Program-made: the position numbers and the translations under genes | Assembly (NCBI GenBank): GCA_036172245.1 | Contig: JAYWIR010000033.1 | Coordinates: 744,001 to 808,000, forward strand | Length of the DNA stretch: 64,000 nt | DNA from: Raillietiella orientalis | Lineage: Eukaryota | Direction: 5' to 3' | Notes under the pieces: generated by a model | Told to the model about the DNA's origin: nothing | The model's database searches: none | What the model saw: only the letters and a program-made list of their open reading frames with translations | Shown here: in pieces, positions 49,201-61,960 of the stretch | Position numbering within the stretch: position 1 is the stretch's first letter | Layout: every line of letters starts with the position of its first letter

Positions 49201-52200
49201 TCTCCCGCTCAGGCCAGCTGCCGGGGAGGCTTCGTGCAGGTTGAGGGCCGGACACGCAGGGTGGGTCCCTGCCGGGACGCAGGGGTACGTTTTTCCGACT
49301 GGTCGGCCCCTTTTCGCCTTATCGGGAACCGCCGCCGCTGCTGCTTTTCTGTTTGATCTGCGTCGCGCCCGGCTTTGAATTCATTAACCTTGTGCTTTCT
49401 GGCGTCTCCCCGCGAGCGCCATCATTGCCCGTGTCTCACCGTCGCTTCCTCTCTTTTGTGGCTGTCTGCAGATAAAAAGTCCTCGAGAGATCGCCTATTC
49501 TCCGTCTCCAAGTCGGGAGGGAGAGAACTTCGCCCAGGAAGCGCATTCTCGCTCAGCGCCATTGATCACTTTATAATTGCTGTCTGTTTTTTTTTTTTTT
49601 TGTATGTGTGTGTGTTTTGCGGAGGGAATCCCGAGGTCGTGTCGGTCTTCTAAACGAACCGGGAGGGGTCGGAGGACCTCTTTTGTCTGGGGGAAGGGTG
49701 CAGTCGAACCGTCCGAGTGTGCTCCCCCTACTAAACCGTACGTAGGCGGTGATTCGTCGTGCACGTGAAGAAGGAAAAAAAAAAAAAAAAACATTCATAG
49801 GGTTCCTACTGGGAAGTTGCGATTCCAGTGGTCGTAAATCTTGCATGAAATGACATTTCTTTTTTTTTTTTTTTTTTTCCTTCGTCTTTCACGACCGAGA
49901 GAAATCGATTGTATTGCAATTCAGCGACTGTCCGATCGTTTTCCTATGGAAATCCGCGTCCGACGCGCGCGCGCCATTTTCGATTTTTTTTTCTGTTTCG
50001 AAACGAGTTGCCCCCCCCCCCCCTCAGTCCCCAAGAGCCTTCCATTAACTGTTTTTCCTTCCTCCTCTTCATCAGGTGGGTCATCCTGACGCTGACTTGG
50101 CTGCTGGCCTCGGGATTGAAGTGGGGGCACGAATCCATCCAGAAGCAGTCGAGCATCTTCCATTTATTGGCTTGGGGTATTCCAGCGGCGCTGACCATCT
50201 GCGTCCTTGTGCTGCAGAACGTGGACGCTGACGAACTCACAGGTAATTGTGGAAAAAGGCATCATCGATGATCTCGGCGATCGGCGTTCTTCTGCCGAGG
50301 AAGTTTTTCAATTTTTTTTCTTACGGTGCTTCTGTTTCGTGCCCAAGTGATTTCCCGCTTGTCGTGGCCGTCGCCGCGCTCCGTGGTTGCCTGGCGCCAC
50401 GAGGCAGCGCCGGTTGATGAGTGAATCTTTGGCGAGTACGAGGGCGTGACTTCTCGCTGAGTTCCTTCTCATGACCTCCAGCACACCTGGTTTCCCGCTC
50501 ATGGGGTTGATCTTGACCTCCGCGCGCGCGCGCAGTCGAACAGCAGCTTGGAGCGCAGCCACGCTATCAGTCTTTCTCGTGAAAGTCCCCTCCTTTTTTT
50601 TGGGGGGGGGGGGATGCTTCCTGAGGGTTCGTGTCCTGGAGTGTCTTGCAAATGGCACGAGGGTCGCGCGCGGCGAGGACTCTTTGCCTCTTTCCGTTTC
50701 CCGGCAACACTCGCGCTCCTGGTGCGCAGGAGAACCGCACGGTGATGCCTTCGGCGGGAACGTGGATTCCAGGGAGCAGCCGAAAGGCAAGCACCGGGAG
50801 GCGTTCGGGAGTGCTCCTGCATCCCTCTCGGCCACTCTACGTAATCTTTGTGGTCCAGGGGACTCCTGAAGGCGGACGCGGCGGCGGTATCATCTCCCGT
50901 TGGGGAGGGGGGAGCATCGAATGCGTTCGGAGGACTTCCCACTCCTTTCGTTTCCACCAGTTTAGCGCCACTCGTTCCTGTAAGTCTTTAGCCCTTCTGG
51001 GTGCTTCTCCCCGGCTCGTTCCGATCTTCAAGAGTCCGCCCGGCACGCGCTGCGTGCGTAGCCGCTTTCCAGAGACCCCAGGGAAGAATGATCCCCAGAA
51101 AAGAGGCGCGCTCGTGCCAAGGCGCCCCGAGAGAGGGCGCCAGTCTCGGCGCTCGCATAGAGACTGGCTTTCCGTTGGTGTTGGCGCACGCCCGGACCGT
51201 CGGCTGATGCTGATGCTGCTGCTAACTTTCGGGGGGAGTAGAGCTGCGAACGGCCGATCCCGAAGGCGGCGGGCGAGCAGCGCGTTGCCCCTTCCCCCCG
51301 CGACCTTCGCCAGCTGCGGCTCTCGTTGCGAGCAGCTCAAACGCTCGAGGCGGCCTCCGCCTGTCGCGCGGCGGCGGCAGCAGCAGCTGGTCTCTCCTCG
51401 TCTTCGCCCGGAAAGTGGGGAGCACTGGAGGGAGGTGCCCTCATTGTCCACGTCTCGGGGAGTTCGCAGGGGCGACGACGGGCGGCGTGTGTGGTACGGC
51501 TCGGGATGTCCTCTCTCTCTCTCTCTCTCTCTCGCGTGTGTGTCGTCCTTGGCCGGTTCCCCGCTCCGCCCTTCCTCATGCTCATTTGCCTGCGTGCCTC
51601 CCTCCCGCTTCCCTCCGCGGAATTCATCTCTGCCACCGCAAGCGTCGGTCCCATCTTCCGACGCGTCCCCGGAAAGCATTCCTCACTTTTTCAAAGGATC
51701 CCGGCCTCCTCCTTTCCTCCTCCCCCTTCGCTAGCAGTGCACCCTCCCCCTCCTCTGCAACTTGGCAGGCGCGCCCCTTCCACGCCTCCCAAGCGACTCG
51801 TTCGGGTCGAGTCGGGAGCCAGGATACGGGCGGGGTGTCCTGGGAGGCGCTGTTGCTCCCGGAGAAGCAAATCCAGCTCGCACGCCTCCACTTCGCCTCT
51901 GTCCCCCTCTCCCCCCCTCTCGGAAGGCGTTTTGACAGCAGTGTGTCCAGGTCCCCACTCCAAAACGAGGCTGCTCCCTCCCCCCGTCGCTCTCAGACAC
52001 CCCGGCCGACGCCCCCTACCTGCCTTGCGACGCGCATGTGGCTCAGAAGAGGAAACGAAGGGACCGGGAGATGTGAAGCGCCGGGGCGCGACCGGGCTGA
52101 AAGGGGCAGTCGACTCCCGGGCTGCCCTTCCGACGTGTCTTCGCAAGGAGGCCGAGATGTGGCAGTCGCACGTGCCCTCGGGAGAGGGCAAGTCCCGCGG

Positions 52201-53741
52201 AGGGAGGCTTTGCAAAAAAAAAAAAATTGCAAGAGGCAACACGCAAGCACCGGCAGGACGCGCGGAGAAGGGAGGAAGCGGAAGGAGGGTCTGTCGCGCG
52301 GGAACGGTTCCCGCGCAAGAACTGAGCAGTCCGAACGCGCCGTGCGGAGGAACTCGGGGGCTGTGCAGGAGTGCAGGGCTGCCCGCCGCCCCGGGGCTCC
52401 TCCCGGTGGTCTCCGTCCTCCAGTCCGGCTGATCCAGTCGTCCCTTCTCCGGAGTGCGTGTCATGACCCCGCCCATCGTCGTCCCTCTGGCGCTCGGCTG
52501 CGGCAGCAGCCTTTCTCCTTCGCCTCCAGCCGCTAGCCCGAGAGGGGGAGACCCGACTTCGGGATTTGACCGCAGCGCGTGGCAGGGCGGGCGCCCATCC
52601 CTCGAGAGACGCGCGGGAAGGACGCTGGAACGCGCACGCGTGGGGCGGGTGGGGTAATGAGGGTGGGGAGGAGCGCGGAGAGAGAGAGCAAGGAAAGAAC
52701 CCGTTCGTTCGCTTCGCCCCTTTTTCGCGCTGCGCGCGCGTGCGCAATCGCGTCGGTCCGTCATCTCCTCTCTCTCACTTCACCTTTTCCCCCTCACCTC
52801 CCCCCTTTGTTCCCTTTTCGGAGTTCCCGATCACGGGATCGGGGAGGAGGGGCCGAGGACGGCGCCCCTCCTGTGGTCAGCGTGAGAAGATTCAAGGGCG
52901 ACCTTTGTATGCGTGTGGAACGAGAGGGAGCGATGGGAAGCACGGACTGGATTGTTAGGCGAGTCACTTCCGGGATCTACTGTTCGCACATCCTCCCCTT
53001 CCTCTGGTGGCTTTCGATCCCGGTGGTGGCGCCCCGCGCGCGCGGAGGCGAAAGGGAAGGAGGAAAGAAAAGGTCGTGGTGTGTTACTGTCGATCCTCAG
53101 CCTCCTCCGCTCCCCTCCCACTTGGCCCACGCCAGCAACCCCCCCCCCCCTACCCGCTTCCCGCCATCACTTGTTCTCTCCCATCCGTTCCAGGCGTCTG
53201 TTACGTCGGCAACCAGAACACCAGCGCCTTGCTGTACTTCGTGCTGCTGCCCAACGTCGTGTTCCTGGTCTTCGGCACCACGTTCGTGGGTACCGGCTTC
53301 CTCTCCATGTGCCGCATCCGGAAGCAGATGAAGCACAAGGGCACGAAGATCGAAAAGCTGGAGGTGCTCATGGTCAGGCTGGGGATCTTCAGCATCCTCT
53401 ACACCGTTCCCGTGACGTGCATGATCTCCTGCCTCTTCTACGAGTACCTGTTCCGGGAGGATTGGCTCTCGAACCAGGTCCCCTCCGCCAGACCCAAGCC
53501 GGAGATTTTCGTCCTGAAGATTTTCATGAGCCTGATCGTCGGTATCACGAGCGGGATGTGGGTCTGGAGCGCCAAGACGGTCCAGTCCTGGGGGAAGCTG
53601 TTCCGGTTCTCGGACCATCGCAAGAAGCTGCAGCCGCCCGCCTTCCCGCGCGGCGCGCCTTCCGTCCAGGAGGTCCACTGCATCCGGGACAAGTCCAAGA
53701 AGCAGAAACAGTTCTGGAGGAACGGGGAAACCTGCGTGTGA
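45176..53741 (+). CDS. fz4: Frizzled-4-type Wnt receptor, 573 aa; exons 45176-46182, 50076-50242, 53194-53741
   Basis: Signal peptide; CRD with [56 protein letters not shown] (FZD4 signature); [50 protein letters not shown] (KTxxxW) and C-terminal ETCV PDZ ligand. 1007+167+548 nt. Confidence 0.97.
46215..46243 (+). repeat. (GT)n microsatellite just inside fz4 intron 1
   Basis: About 14 GT units starting about 30 nt after the donor site. Confidence 0.9.
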
Positions 53742-54072
53742 CGGCGGTTTCGCGCCTCGCGTTCCCGGAGGAAACCCGGAAGGTCCTCCGCCTCCCTCCA
53801 TTCAAGTGCAATAATAGCGTTCCCACCCACTCACCACCACGAGCGTGACCACCCTTGGAAGGAACCGCTCCGCTCCGGACGCTCGTCCCCCGTTCCCGGA
53901 TGGAACTTCTGGTGCTGCAATGTTTCATGAGCTTACCTGGAGAGGCCGTGTGCGTGGGTCGCCGGGAGCGACGTCGGCGGGAGTGCGTGCAACTCGGCAC
54001 AGGCACGGGGAGTTCCCCCGCACACTATTTATAACGAAAGGCGAGTTCGTTGTTCGAGGAAGAAAAGATGGG

Positions 54073-54097
54073 AATAAATAAAATAAGATTAAATAAA
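54073..54097 (+). terminator. Clustered polyadenylation signals of fz4
   Basis: AATAAA at 54073, 54077 and 54092, followed by a T/GT-rich stretch, about 330 nt after the stop. Confidence 0.65.
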
Positions 54098-57000
54098 AGA
54101 TCTTTTGTGCCTCCGGTTGTTCCCTGTCTGCTGTTGCCAGACGCGACTCCACTGATCCTCCACTGTCCTGCTGATTGGATCCGAACTCGCCGGCTGCCGG
54201 GAAGCACAGCAGGTCGTATCTCCGCTGCTTTTTCCTTGCTCCCCTACTCGAACGTGGTCCCGTGCCTTCCCCGTGCGGTCGGCGTCCGCTCCGGGCGCTG
54301 TGCTGCTGTTCCTTCGCGACGGCGGCCTCGCGGTGAGGAACGGCGCCGATGAGCGGGCAGCAACCGCCCTTCTTCCTTCGGTTTGCGTTTCCCTCCCGGT
54401 CGTCACGCCCATCCATCCGCTTGCAAGGACAAAACTGCTGCCGCCGCCGCGTCCCTTGTACCACCACCAGCCTGGTGCCTCTCTCCGCGTCTCGATTTCT
54501 TGCGCGGCAGCATCTTTGTTCTCGAGTGCGGTCACTCGTTTTTCCAGCCGCTTCCCTGGGGTCGGATCTCCTCCTCGCCGTCGCGCAGGGAACCCGAGTT
54601 TTGATCTTTGTCTGCGCTTTCTTCTCTCTTTCTTCTCCTCCTTCCTATTGTCATTATGATTATGTTTTTTTTTTTTTTTTGTCGCGTAATGGTCTAAACG
54701 GACACACTAGACGGGTGGTGGCATTGAGCGCAGCAAAAAAAAGAAAGGAAAAGAAGCGAAGAATGCGTGAGAAAGCTCTGCGTCTGCGCGCGCGCTTCGT
54801 ATGGTTCGATCACGTGACCTCCTCTGCGCTGCAACTCGACTCCGAACCGAAGAGTTGGCCCCATCGCCTGGGACACCGTGACGTGGGCGACGTGCTGCGC
54901 CTTGGGAGTGCAGGATTTCGTCGTCCTTGGCGCCGCTGCTGCTGCTTCCCCGCCTCCTGCACTCCAGAAGCACATCCCCTCCCCCGTGGTTCCGCAACAT
55001 TCCTGAAGAAAGCGTTCAGGAGCCGGGCACACTTTTGCATCGCAACGTGCATGGCGCTCTCGCGTGACGACTCCGCACCCCGCCCTTTGCCAAACACGGT
55101 GGAGGAGGCAGAAGGACTTCTTCCTGCATCCTTGCTGCACTGGCATTCCGTATCGCCACAGCGTGGGCGGCAGAACCCATGTGGAACGACGGAAACTCCG
55201 AGGAAGGGTAGGGAGAGAAGAAAGAAAGATTCTGCTGCCGTTGTCGAGGAGGAGTGCGAAATGCACATCGGCTGGAACACGCAGGAAGAAGTGAGCTGCC
55301 GAGCGGGCTGAAGAATCCTGGAGGCCCCCCTCCGCTCAACAAAAGCTCCAGCCCTCTGTTCCTGGTCACTTCCCGCTTCGGGATGGCAAGCTGCTCTTTC
55401 ACGAGGCGCCCACGGAGCTTCCCGGCAACCTCCGTTCCCCGCATTTCACCATCTTCCCTTTTGTATCTCGCGTTTCTAACAATTATCTCCCAGAGGGTCA
55501 GCACAATCCATCTTGGTCCTGCTTCGCCATCAGCCATAAATCTTATCCTTTAAATGAGAGTTGCTTGCAGGGTGCGCTCGGCGTCTCCTCCGAGGGCGCC
55601 GCGGTCGTGCTGTCCACATTTGCGCGAAATGTGAAAAAAAAAAAAAAAAAATCCACCAGATGCAGCGGCGAGGAAAAGCAGCAAACCGACGGAAGAGGGG
55701 AGGGGGGGGGGGAGGAAGACCATGGGGAATCGTCGTTAAACGAATGACAAGGCGTACAGAGGAGAAGAACCCTTTGCGCTTTGCTTTTTCCCACTTTCTG
55801 TTGTTTACCACGTGCAGCTACGGAGAGCTGCAGGCAGACTTATGATCAAGAAGAGGGAAAGGAAAAGAAAAGAAATAAAAAAAAAAAACGGTGCCCCGTT
55901 TGGGTGATGTAAAATTCCAGCTCCGGTGTGGTGGTGGTTCAGGCAGGCCGTGGGTGGGAATCGCGCAACCCGATCGTACGCTTGCCTGTTTCCGGGAACT
56001 GCGCTCCTGGTGGGGTGGAAAAGACTGCGCAGAAAACAGGAAGGTTTCGGGAGTCTGTTGATTCGTCTGGCTGCGGTGGTCGTGTCTCGAGGCGCTTCTT
56101 GTCACGGAGCCGAGCTGATGGCGGGACGGTTTTTTTTTTGCGTGTGTACGCGTGTGTTGGTTTGCCCAACGGAAAGGTGCTGCAGGCGTGCACTCGTGTC
56201 TGCGAAATGAGCGTCAGTCTGCGTTCGAATCGCAATACCCATTTCGTTGCAGTCGGGCCCGGGCTCAGGGAAGTGCAAGGCGGAGTCAGTCAGCCGGACG
56301 TGCGCCTTTTAGGATGCCCAGACGTGGTACCTGTAAGTGGAATGGAATGACTGGAGATTTAAAAAAAAAAAAACAAAAAAAAAACAAAAAAAAAAAAACC
56401 TCCTTCCCTCACCCGCACCTCCGATTGGATCTTTTGAGTTCCGTTTGCTTGGAAATTCGTGAAAGGCGCCATCGCGGTGGGTGACGCTGCGGAAGAAGAA
56501 CTCGAGCGCGGCGCATGGCGCTTCGCGAAAACGCTCGGGCGAGCATCCAGAGATGGAGAAGGTTGGGTTTAAGGAAGCGGCCGATGCTTCCGACCTTCGC
56601 ACCGGATGCGGGCGAGGGGCCGCTCCGGAAGTAATAGCTGCGCTCCAGCGTCGGGCGCACGCGCGCGCCTTCTGGGTCAACCGAGCGCGGCGCTACCACG
56701 TGGTTCCCGAGGAATGTGGCGAAGGGGAAGCATCATCGCCGTGCGGTGGCGCGTCGGTCCGTCTCGCCCGACCCACCGTCGTGACACACGAGGGATCGCG
56801 TGACAGGACAGGAAGTTCCAGATGTTTTAGGGGCTTCGGTCGGTTCTCCGTACCGAGGTTTTACGGCGCTCTCCGCGAAATCTATCGAGTTCAATGCAAA
56901 TATTTACTCTCTGCCCCCGTCCCCTCTCCTTCTACTTGTTTTTTCTTTTTTTTTTTCTTCTTAACCCTGGAAGGGGAAGGCTTTTCTCCCTGCTGAGCAT

Positions 57001-58199
57001 CCACATGTCGCCTGCGGCCTTCGTTTGCGGGTCCTGTTCGCCATGTCCCAGAGCGTAACGAGGCTCGCGCGCGCAGGGGGAGGGAAAGCACACTCGTGGC
57101 CTTGGAAAATTCGAGAAGTGTTTCGGGAGTACTCTGACAGATGCATCATTTTCCTTTTTTTTTCTTTTTTTGGGCCTATCGAGAAGCCCCTAGAGAGAGG
57201 CGAACCAGTCGCCGTTATTGCAGTGCCTGGACGCCTTGATCAACCTGTCTATCCTACTCGTCTTTTTGGACAGTCTTGGTTGTTTCTTACGGATGCGGTG
57301 CGCGCGACTGCTGAAGATGACCAGGGGGCAATGGTGAGTCGTGTGGCTGTTAGCCCCATGTTCGTCTTCTCTCTTTCTCTCTCTCTCTCTCTCCTGCCGA
57401 CAGCACTTCCGCTCGGGTCCTCTTGCTCCTTTTCACGGATCCTTGGGGGTGGTTTCCCACGTGAGTCGAGGGGGTACCCTTCTCGAAGTGGCACCTCGCA
57501 TTCCACAGGATGGAGACGCCATCATCAGTTGGCCGACACACCACACTGAGCTGGCGACTTGCCTTCTCCACCGGAAGCGGACTGAATCTTTTGCCTTTCC
57601 GTCCCGCGCGAGTCGCGCGCTCCTCGGTTGCCGCTGACATTTGGCCCATCTCCCAGCTGCTGCCGTTTCTCAAATGATGGACTGTTGGGCATGGGAAGAA
57701 ACGGGGTGGGGGGAGAGAGAGAGAGAAGCTGCTTATGCTCAAGCCCGCGGCGAGTCTTTTGTTCTCCCGCAAGGGGCGCTTGGAGCGCGAACTTGTGCCT
57801 GAGCAGAAAGAAAGGTGCCTTCCAAGATGAAGCTGGAAAGTTCGAGTTCAAGGAGCAGGGAGGCGGAATTCCCGGGAAACGGGATCTCGTACTGCGTTGT
57901 TCGCGATCCGAACGGCCGCGAAGACCTGGCACGTCTTCCTCCCGGTAGCAGATGCTCCGTCGCCCTGCTACAACCAGCTTAGTTCCCCCACCCCACCTTC
58001 GGCAGGAAAAAGCTGGCGGTTTGCGCTTTCGGTCGTGGGTCGAAGATGGTCGTGGATGTCGTCCTCTCCCCTACTTTGTTGCTAGCCCTACCGTAGGTGG
58101 CCACTTGGGTTTCCACCTTTCTGTACACTGGGGTGGAGCACGACGAAGATTCACCGTGGCCGTTGTTCCGTTCTTGGGCACTTTCTTGAGGAGGTGACA

Positions 58200-61100
58200 G
58201 CCTTGTTCCTCATTTGTTCATCATTTTTTCGTGATGGATACGTTTAAATTCTTGGAAGGCTTATCCCTCTTGGCTCGGGTTCTCGTTCTTGTCGTAGACC
58301 TCTGCACCGCCCAGCTGCGTGAGGGCGTCGTTCTCTGGCTCTACTCCCACTATTGGGGAGATCGTCCTCTCTACCACCTTTTTGGTTGTTTTTCATTCCC
58401 AGCTACGTTTTATTGCCAGCTTTTTATTCCCATCTGGATGGTGTTTCCATGTTTTCCCGGCTGGTTCCGCAGGGTTTGGTCTGCTTCACCTGCCGCTCGT
58501 TGTACTTGTGGCGTTCTCCTTCTTGACACGGTCCACCGTGTTGCAGAAGTGGACGGGGCTTCGAGCGTGTCACAGACACGTGGCCTTTCTGGGTACACTT
58601 GGCTCATTGACCCCGCCTGACGAGCGGCTGTCCGATCTCCGAAATCCATGCAGTCAGTTTCCCGTAGAAATCGAGCCTCCTCCGTATACAAGTTACCTGG
58701 ACTCCTTTCGAAGAGTAACCAACTCCGACGAGACTTAGGAAGTTTCGCCCCGCTGTGTAGATTCACTTTCGCATCCACCTGACTAGAGCAGACCTCTCAC
58801 AGGACTTCGTTCACGGTAGTGTCCGGAAGCGTACCTGGAAGTGCATCCGAAAGGATAACTCACCGTTGCTTTCGGTTGATGGGTGACTATTCTATAGTCA
58901 TTGCGCCCCACATTACCAGGCATATAGATTTACCTAGAGGGAGGCTAGTTGCCTTGGAGAAAAAGAATCTCGAGAGATGGTTGCCAACTCAGAGTCTGCA
59001 GGTTCTCATATCCTTCCAGGAGGCCCTCCACCGGAACGCGAGGTTTCCATGGATCCCGTCCGGCAAAACGGAAGGTAGGGAACTGCTTTCTCCAAGGAGC
59101 CCTACACGACTGACAGCCAGAATCCAGTGCCTCCTGGATTCTAGGAGGAGAGGACTGCGAGCGAGAGAAGTAGAGAAGTTTACCGGTCATATGCAAAAGA
59201 GAAGGAGGATTCGCTATAAGAATGAGCAGTCTCAACACAGGGCTTACTCTGCCGGCTGGAAGCTTAGAGAGAATCCGAAATGAAGAGTTAATTCCTTGGA
59301 GAATAAGAGAGGATCCTGGCAGGGTCATTGGAAAAGACACTGAGCTATGTCCGTCCGTGCCTCCCTGCGGATGTAGTTTAATGCATGAAGTCTCTTTTCC
59401 AAACAGAACGGAGGGGCTTAAGCGTCGGCTTGGTCTCACATGGATGCGAGAAGGCGTTTCCGGAAAGCGCAGTGCAGCAGGCTATGGGAGCGAGCAGGGA
59501 AAATCGTCTCCTGAAGATGAAGAAGAGAGATCCAACAGCGAAGGAGGAGAAAGGGTTCGATCGATGACGGGACAGCAGAATCAGCAACAGCATCTCGGCA
59601 GATCTGTGTCGTCAGCCTCTCCGTTATCCGAGGAAGTGAGATGGACTCATTCCCAACCAGATTCCTTTGCTACTTCACGTACCTTGCTCGTGCCTTCTTT
59701 CTTCCCGCCCCCGGCATCCTGGTGATCCCGCACTTTCTGTAGCGGCATCCTTAAGCTCATGAATTTCTCCAGGGAAGAACAGCAGTTCCTGGCGGAAGTC
59801 CGTCAAAGGTGCGAGTTGTTCTTCGAATGGCATATCTTCAAACCAGGTTCGGGGGACGGGTGGTGAGCTGTTGAACTACTGGAGATGTCAGACACCCTTG
59901 ACATCTCCAATAGAAGGCACTGCTTCTTCTCTTTTTATCCTTTTCTCTATCTCCGTGTTGTCCGTATGCTTTTTTTCTTACTTTGTCTCCTGCACTTCAA
60001 AACAGAGAGGGAACAGTATGCCGCCGCCCTGCAGCCTCCATAGAAGCCAGACCGACACCTTTTTTTAAGTCGCAGAATCACAGTTTGAGTGAGTGGTCTA
60101 CCGTCGAGGGACGTATCCGGTCCGGTGGATACTTCTCTCCTCTTCGAAGTCAGCGTCGACGGAAGCAGATGCGACCCGTTTCCATGCCTGGAGAAGTTCC
60201 CGCCAACATGGCTACCCTTATTGGGAACATCACCGATCCGTCCGTGAGGATGCTGCATCCATGCTCAGTGTTAACTCGAGCCTCGATGGCTAGTAAGGAA
60301 GAACAGCAACTTGCCTCTCTGCTGTCGGGCTGGTTGAGACGGATGAGAGGTTTCCATGCCATACATTACCTCCATGACTCCCTCCTCCCAGATAGTGACG
60401 TCGACAGCAAGCTGCATCCAGTTCACAGCTGTATCCCTCCTTTAGGCGAGGAGGCATGATTCTACCAGTTTCTGATGACTTCAAGATGCAAATTCTCACA
60501 GATTAAAGGTTCCATATGTTTTTTTATCAAGACACTCACTTCAGGAAGCAAAGTACAAGCTTGAGATGTAAACCTAAAAGAATCTCATCAGTCCTTCCAC
60601 GTAAGCTAATGTCTACTTTATACCTCGAAATGAAAGATGGTGGAGGACTTTCCGGAATTTTTGTTCGTTCCGTTGTTGGGAGTCGTGTTTCCGCTTTCAG
60701 CTCTGTTGCAGGCACCACAAATGCATTTCTCAGTGTCCTCACTGTCTTCCCTCTTCTGTTCTTTCGCTCCGGCTTCCTGAGATCGCGACTTGAGGAAGCT
60801 GGAAGAGTGAGCTGTTGATGAGCTTTGAAAGAAAACGACGACGATAGGTGAAAGAAGAATCCTTATTTTTTCCTTGTCCTGAACCCTTCTTTTCATGAAT
60901 TCTGGGTCATTTGCGAGTGCATTTTTTCCATCGGCCATTATTAGCATTCTCTCCATCGGTTGGAAGCGGCGGAATGGCATGTCTTGCATTTCTTCCATCA
61001 CCACTACTTGTCGCGAGGAAAGCTTCAACTGATCTCGCACCCTCAGGTTTATTGGGTGAACGAAGTTTTGAACCCATATTGGGTTAATACTACTTTCCAA

Positions 61101-61270
61101 CTGTCTATTAGTAAAACGTATCGGGTTTGCCTTCCTGCAGGAAGGCAAACCCGATACGTTTATACTAGTTTATTAATAAATCGAGTTGCATTTTTGATTT
61201 TCTCCTACTGAATGTTCTCTTTTTGAGGTTTTCTGCCTGGTCAACGTCCTTCGGAAATGTGATTTTACTA
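58200..61270 (+). mobile_element. Degenerate DIRS-like retrotransposon relic
   Basis: GWLRRMRGFHAIHYLHDSLL (LR..G.....YLDD.L-like RT motif, about 60330-60390), then HEF...SLHRLEAAEWHVLHFFHHHYL (YR C-terminal H..R...AA.W....F..HY-like, about 60895-61010). Confidence 0.45.
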
Positions 61271-61559
61271 AAAAAATAAAACGACAGAACTTGGGTCTAG
61301 GAGTGTGCTGGAGTGCTCCACGCAAGGTTTTGGATTATAAGTTGCAATTGCTTCAGTCGCTGTATTTGTATAATAATAATTTTGCTGCTTTCTGCCATTG
61401 CCTCCATATCCTAATATGGACTGTGTGTGTCTCAAGTGAAAAGTTAATTCAATCATGGAACTCACGGACGGGTCGTGGAGGATTGCAAAAAAAAAAAAAA
61501 AAAAAAGATGCATCCGATTTTCAGATCCTCCGCATGGTAATTCAATCCTAATTTTTTTT

Positions 61560-61561
<2 letters not shown>

Positions 61562-61600
<39 letters not shown>

Positions 61601-61620
61601 TTATTTATTTATTTATTTAA
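61562..61620 (+). repeat. (TA)n plus (TATT)n microsatellite
   Basis: About 17 TA units, then about 5 ATTT units. Confidence 0.9.
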
Positions 61621-61927
61621 TGACGCAGTCTGTGCTTCGGTTTATTATTTTTCGTTTCTGAGGGGGGCAGTGCATGTCGAAATGGATGGGAAGATCTTTC
61701 TGGATCGTTTGAAAATGCCGTAGGAAAATTGAATGCGGTGGGAAAAACTCCAAATAAAGCCGATGGCCACATATTTTGGGAGATGATTCTGCATACTTCT
61801 CCCCCCTCCCCCTCCAGAAGTGAGGTTTGGAACAATTTCCATCAGGAGGAAAAAAAAAAAAAAAAAAAAATACAACCAAGAAAAAGTTGCATGCAGTTGG
61901 CAGGAAGTTACTGTACTCACGTTTGTA

Positions 61928-61933
61928 ATGTGA
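61928..61933 (+). promoter_or_regulatory. Candidate start-stop uORF (ATG-TGA) in the SAMDC leader
   Basis: ATGTGA 33 nt upstream of, and in frame with, the SAMDC ATG at 61961. The TSS is not known. Confidence 0.5.
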
Positions 61934-61960
61934 ATCGGTACGGTGCCGGCAGCGCACGGC

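Noticed and set aside
43200..58000. Many long overlapping ORFs (up to about 370 aa) on both strands around fz4
   Set aside because: They are GC-rich intronic or UTR sequence with few stops. The translations are Arg/Pro/Ser-rich, cross microsatellites and show no domain motifs.
60555..60600. Hammerhead-like CTGATGAG core on the minus strand (others at 24162, 31772, 63656)
   Set aside because: No correctly placed GAAA and no closing stems I and III.
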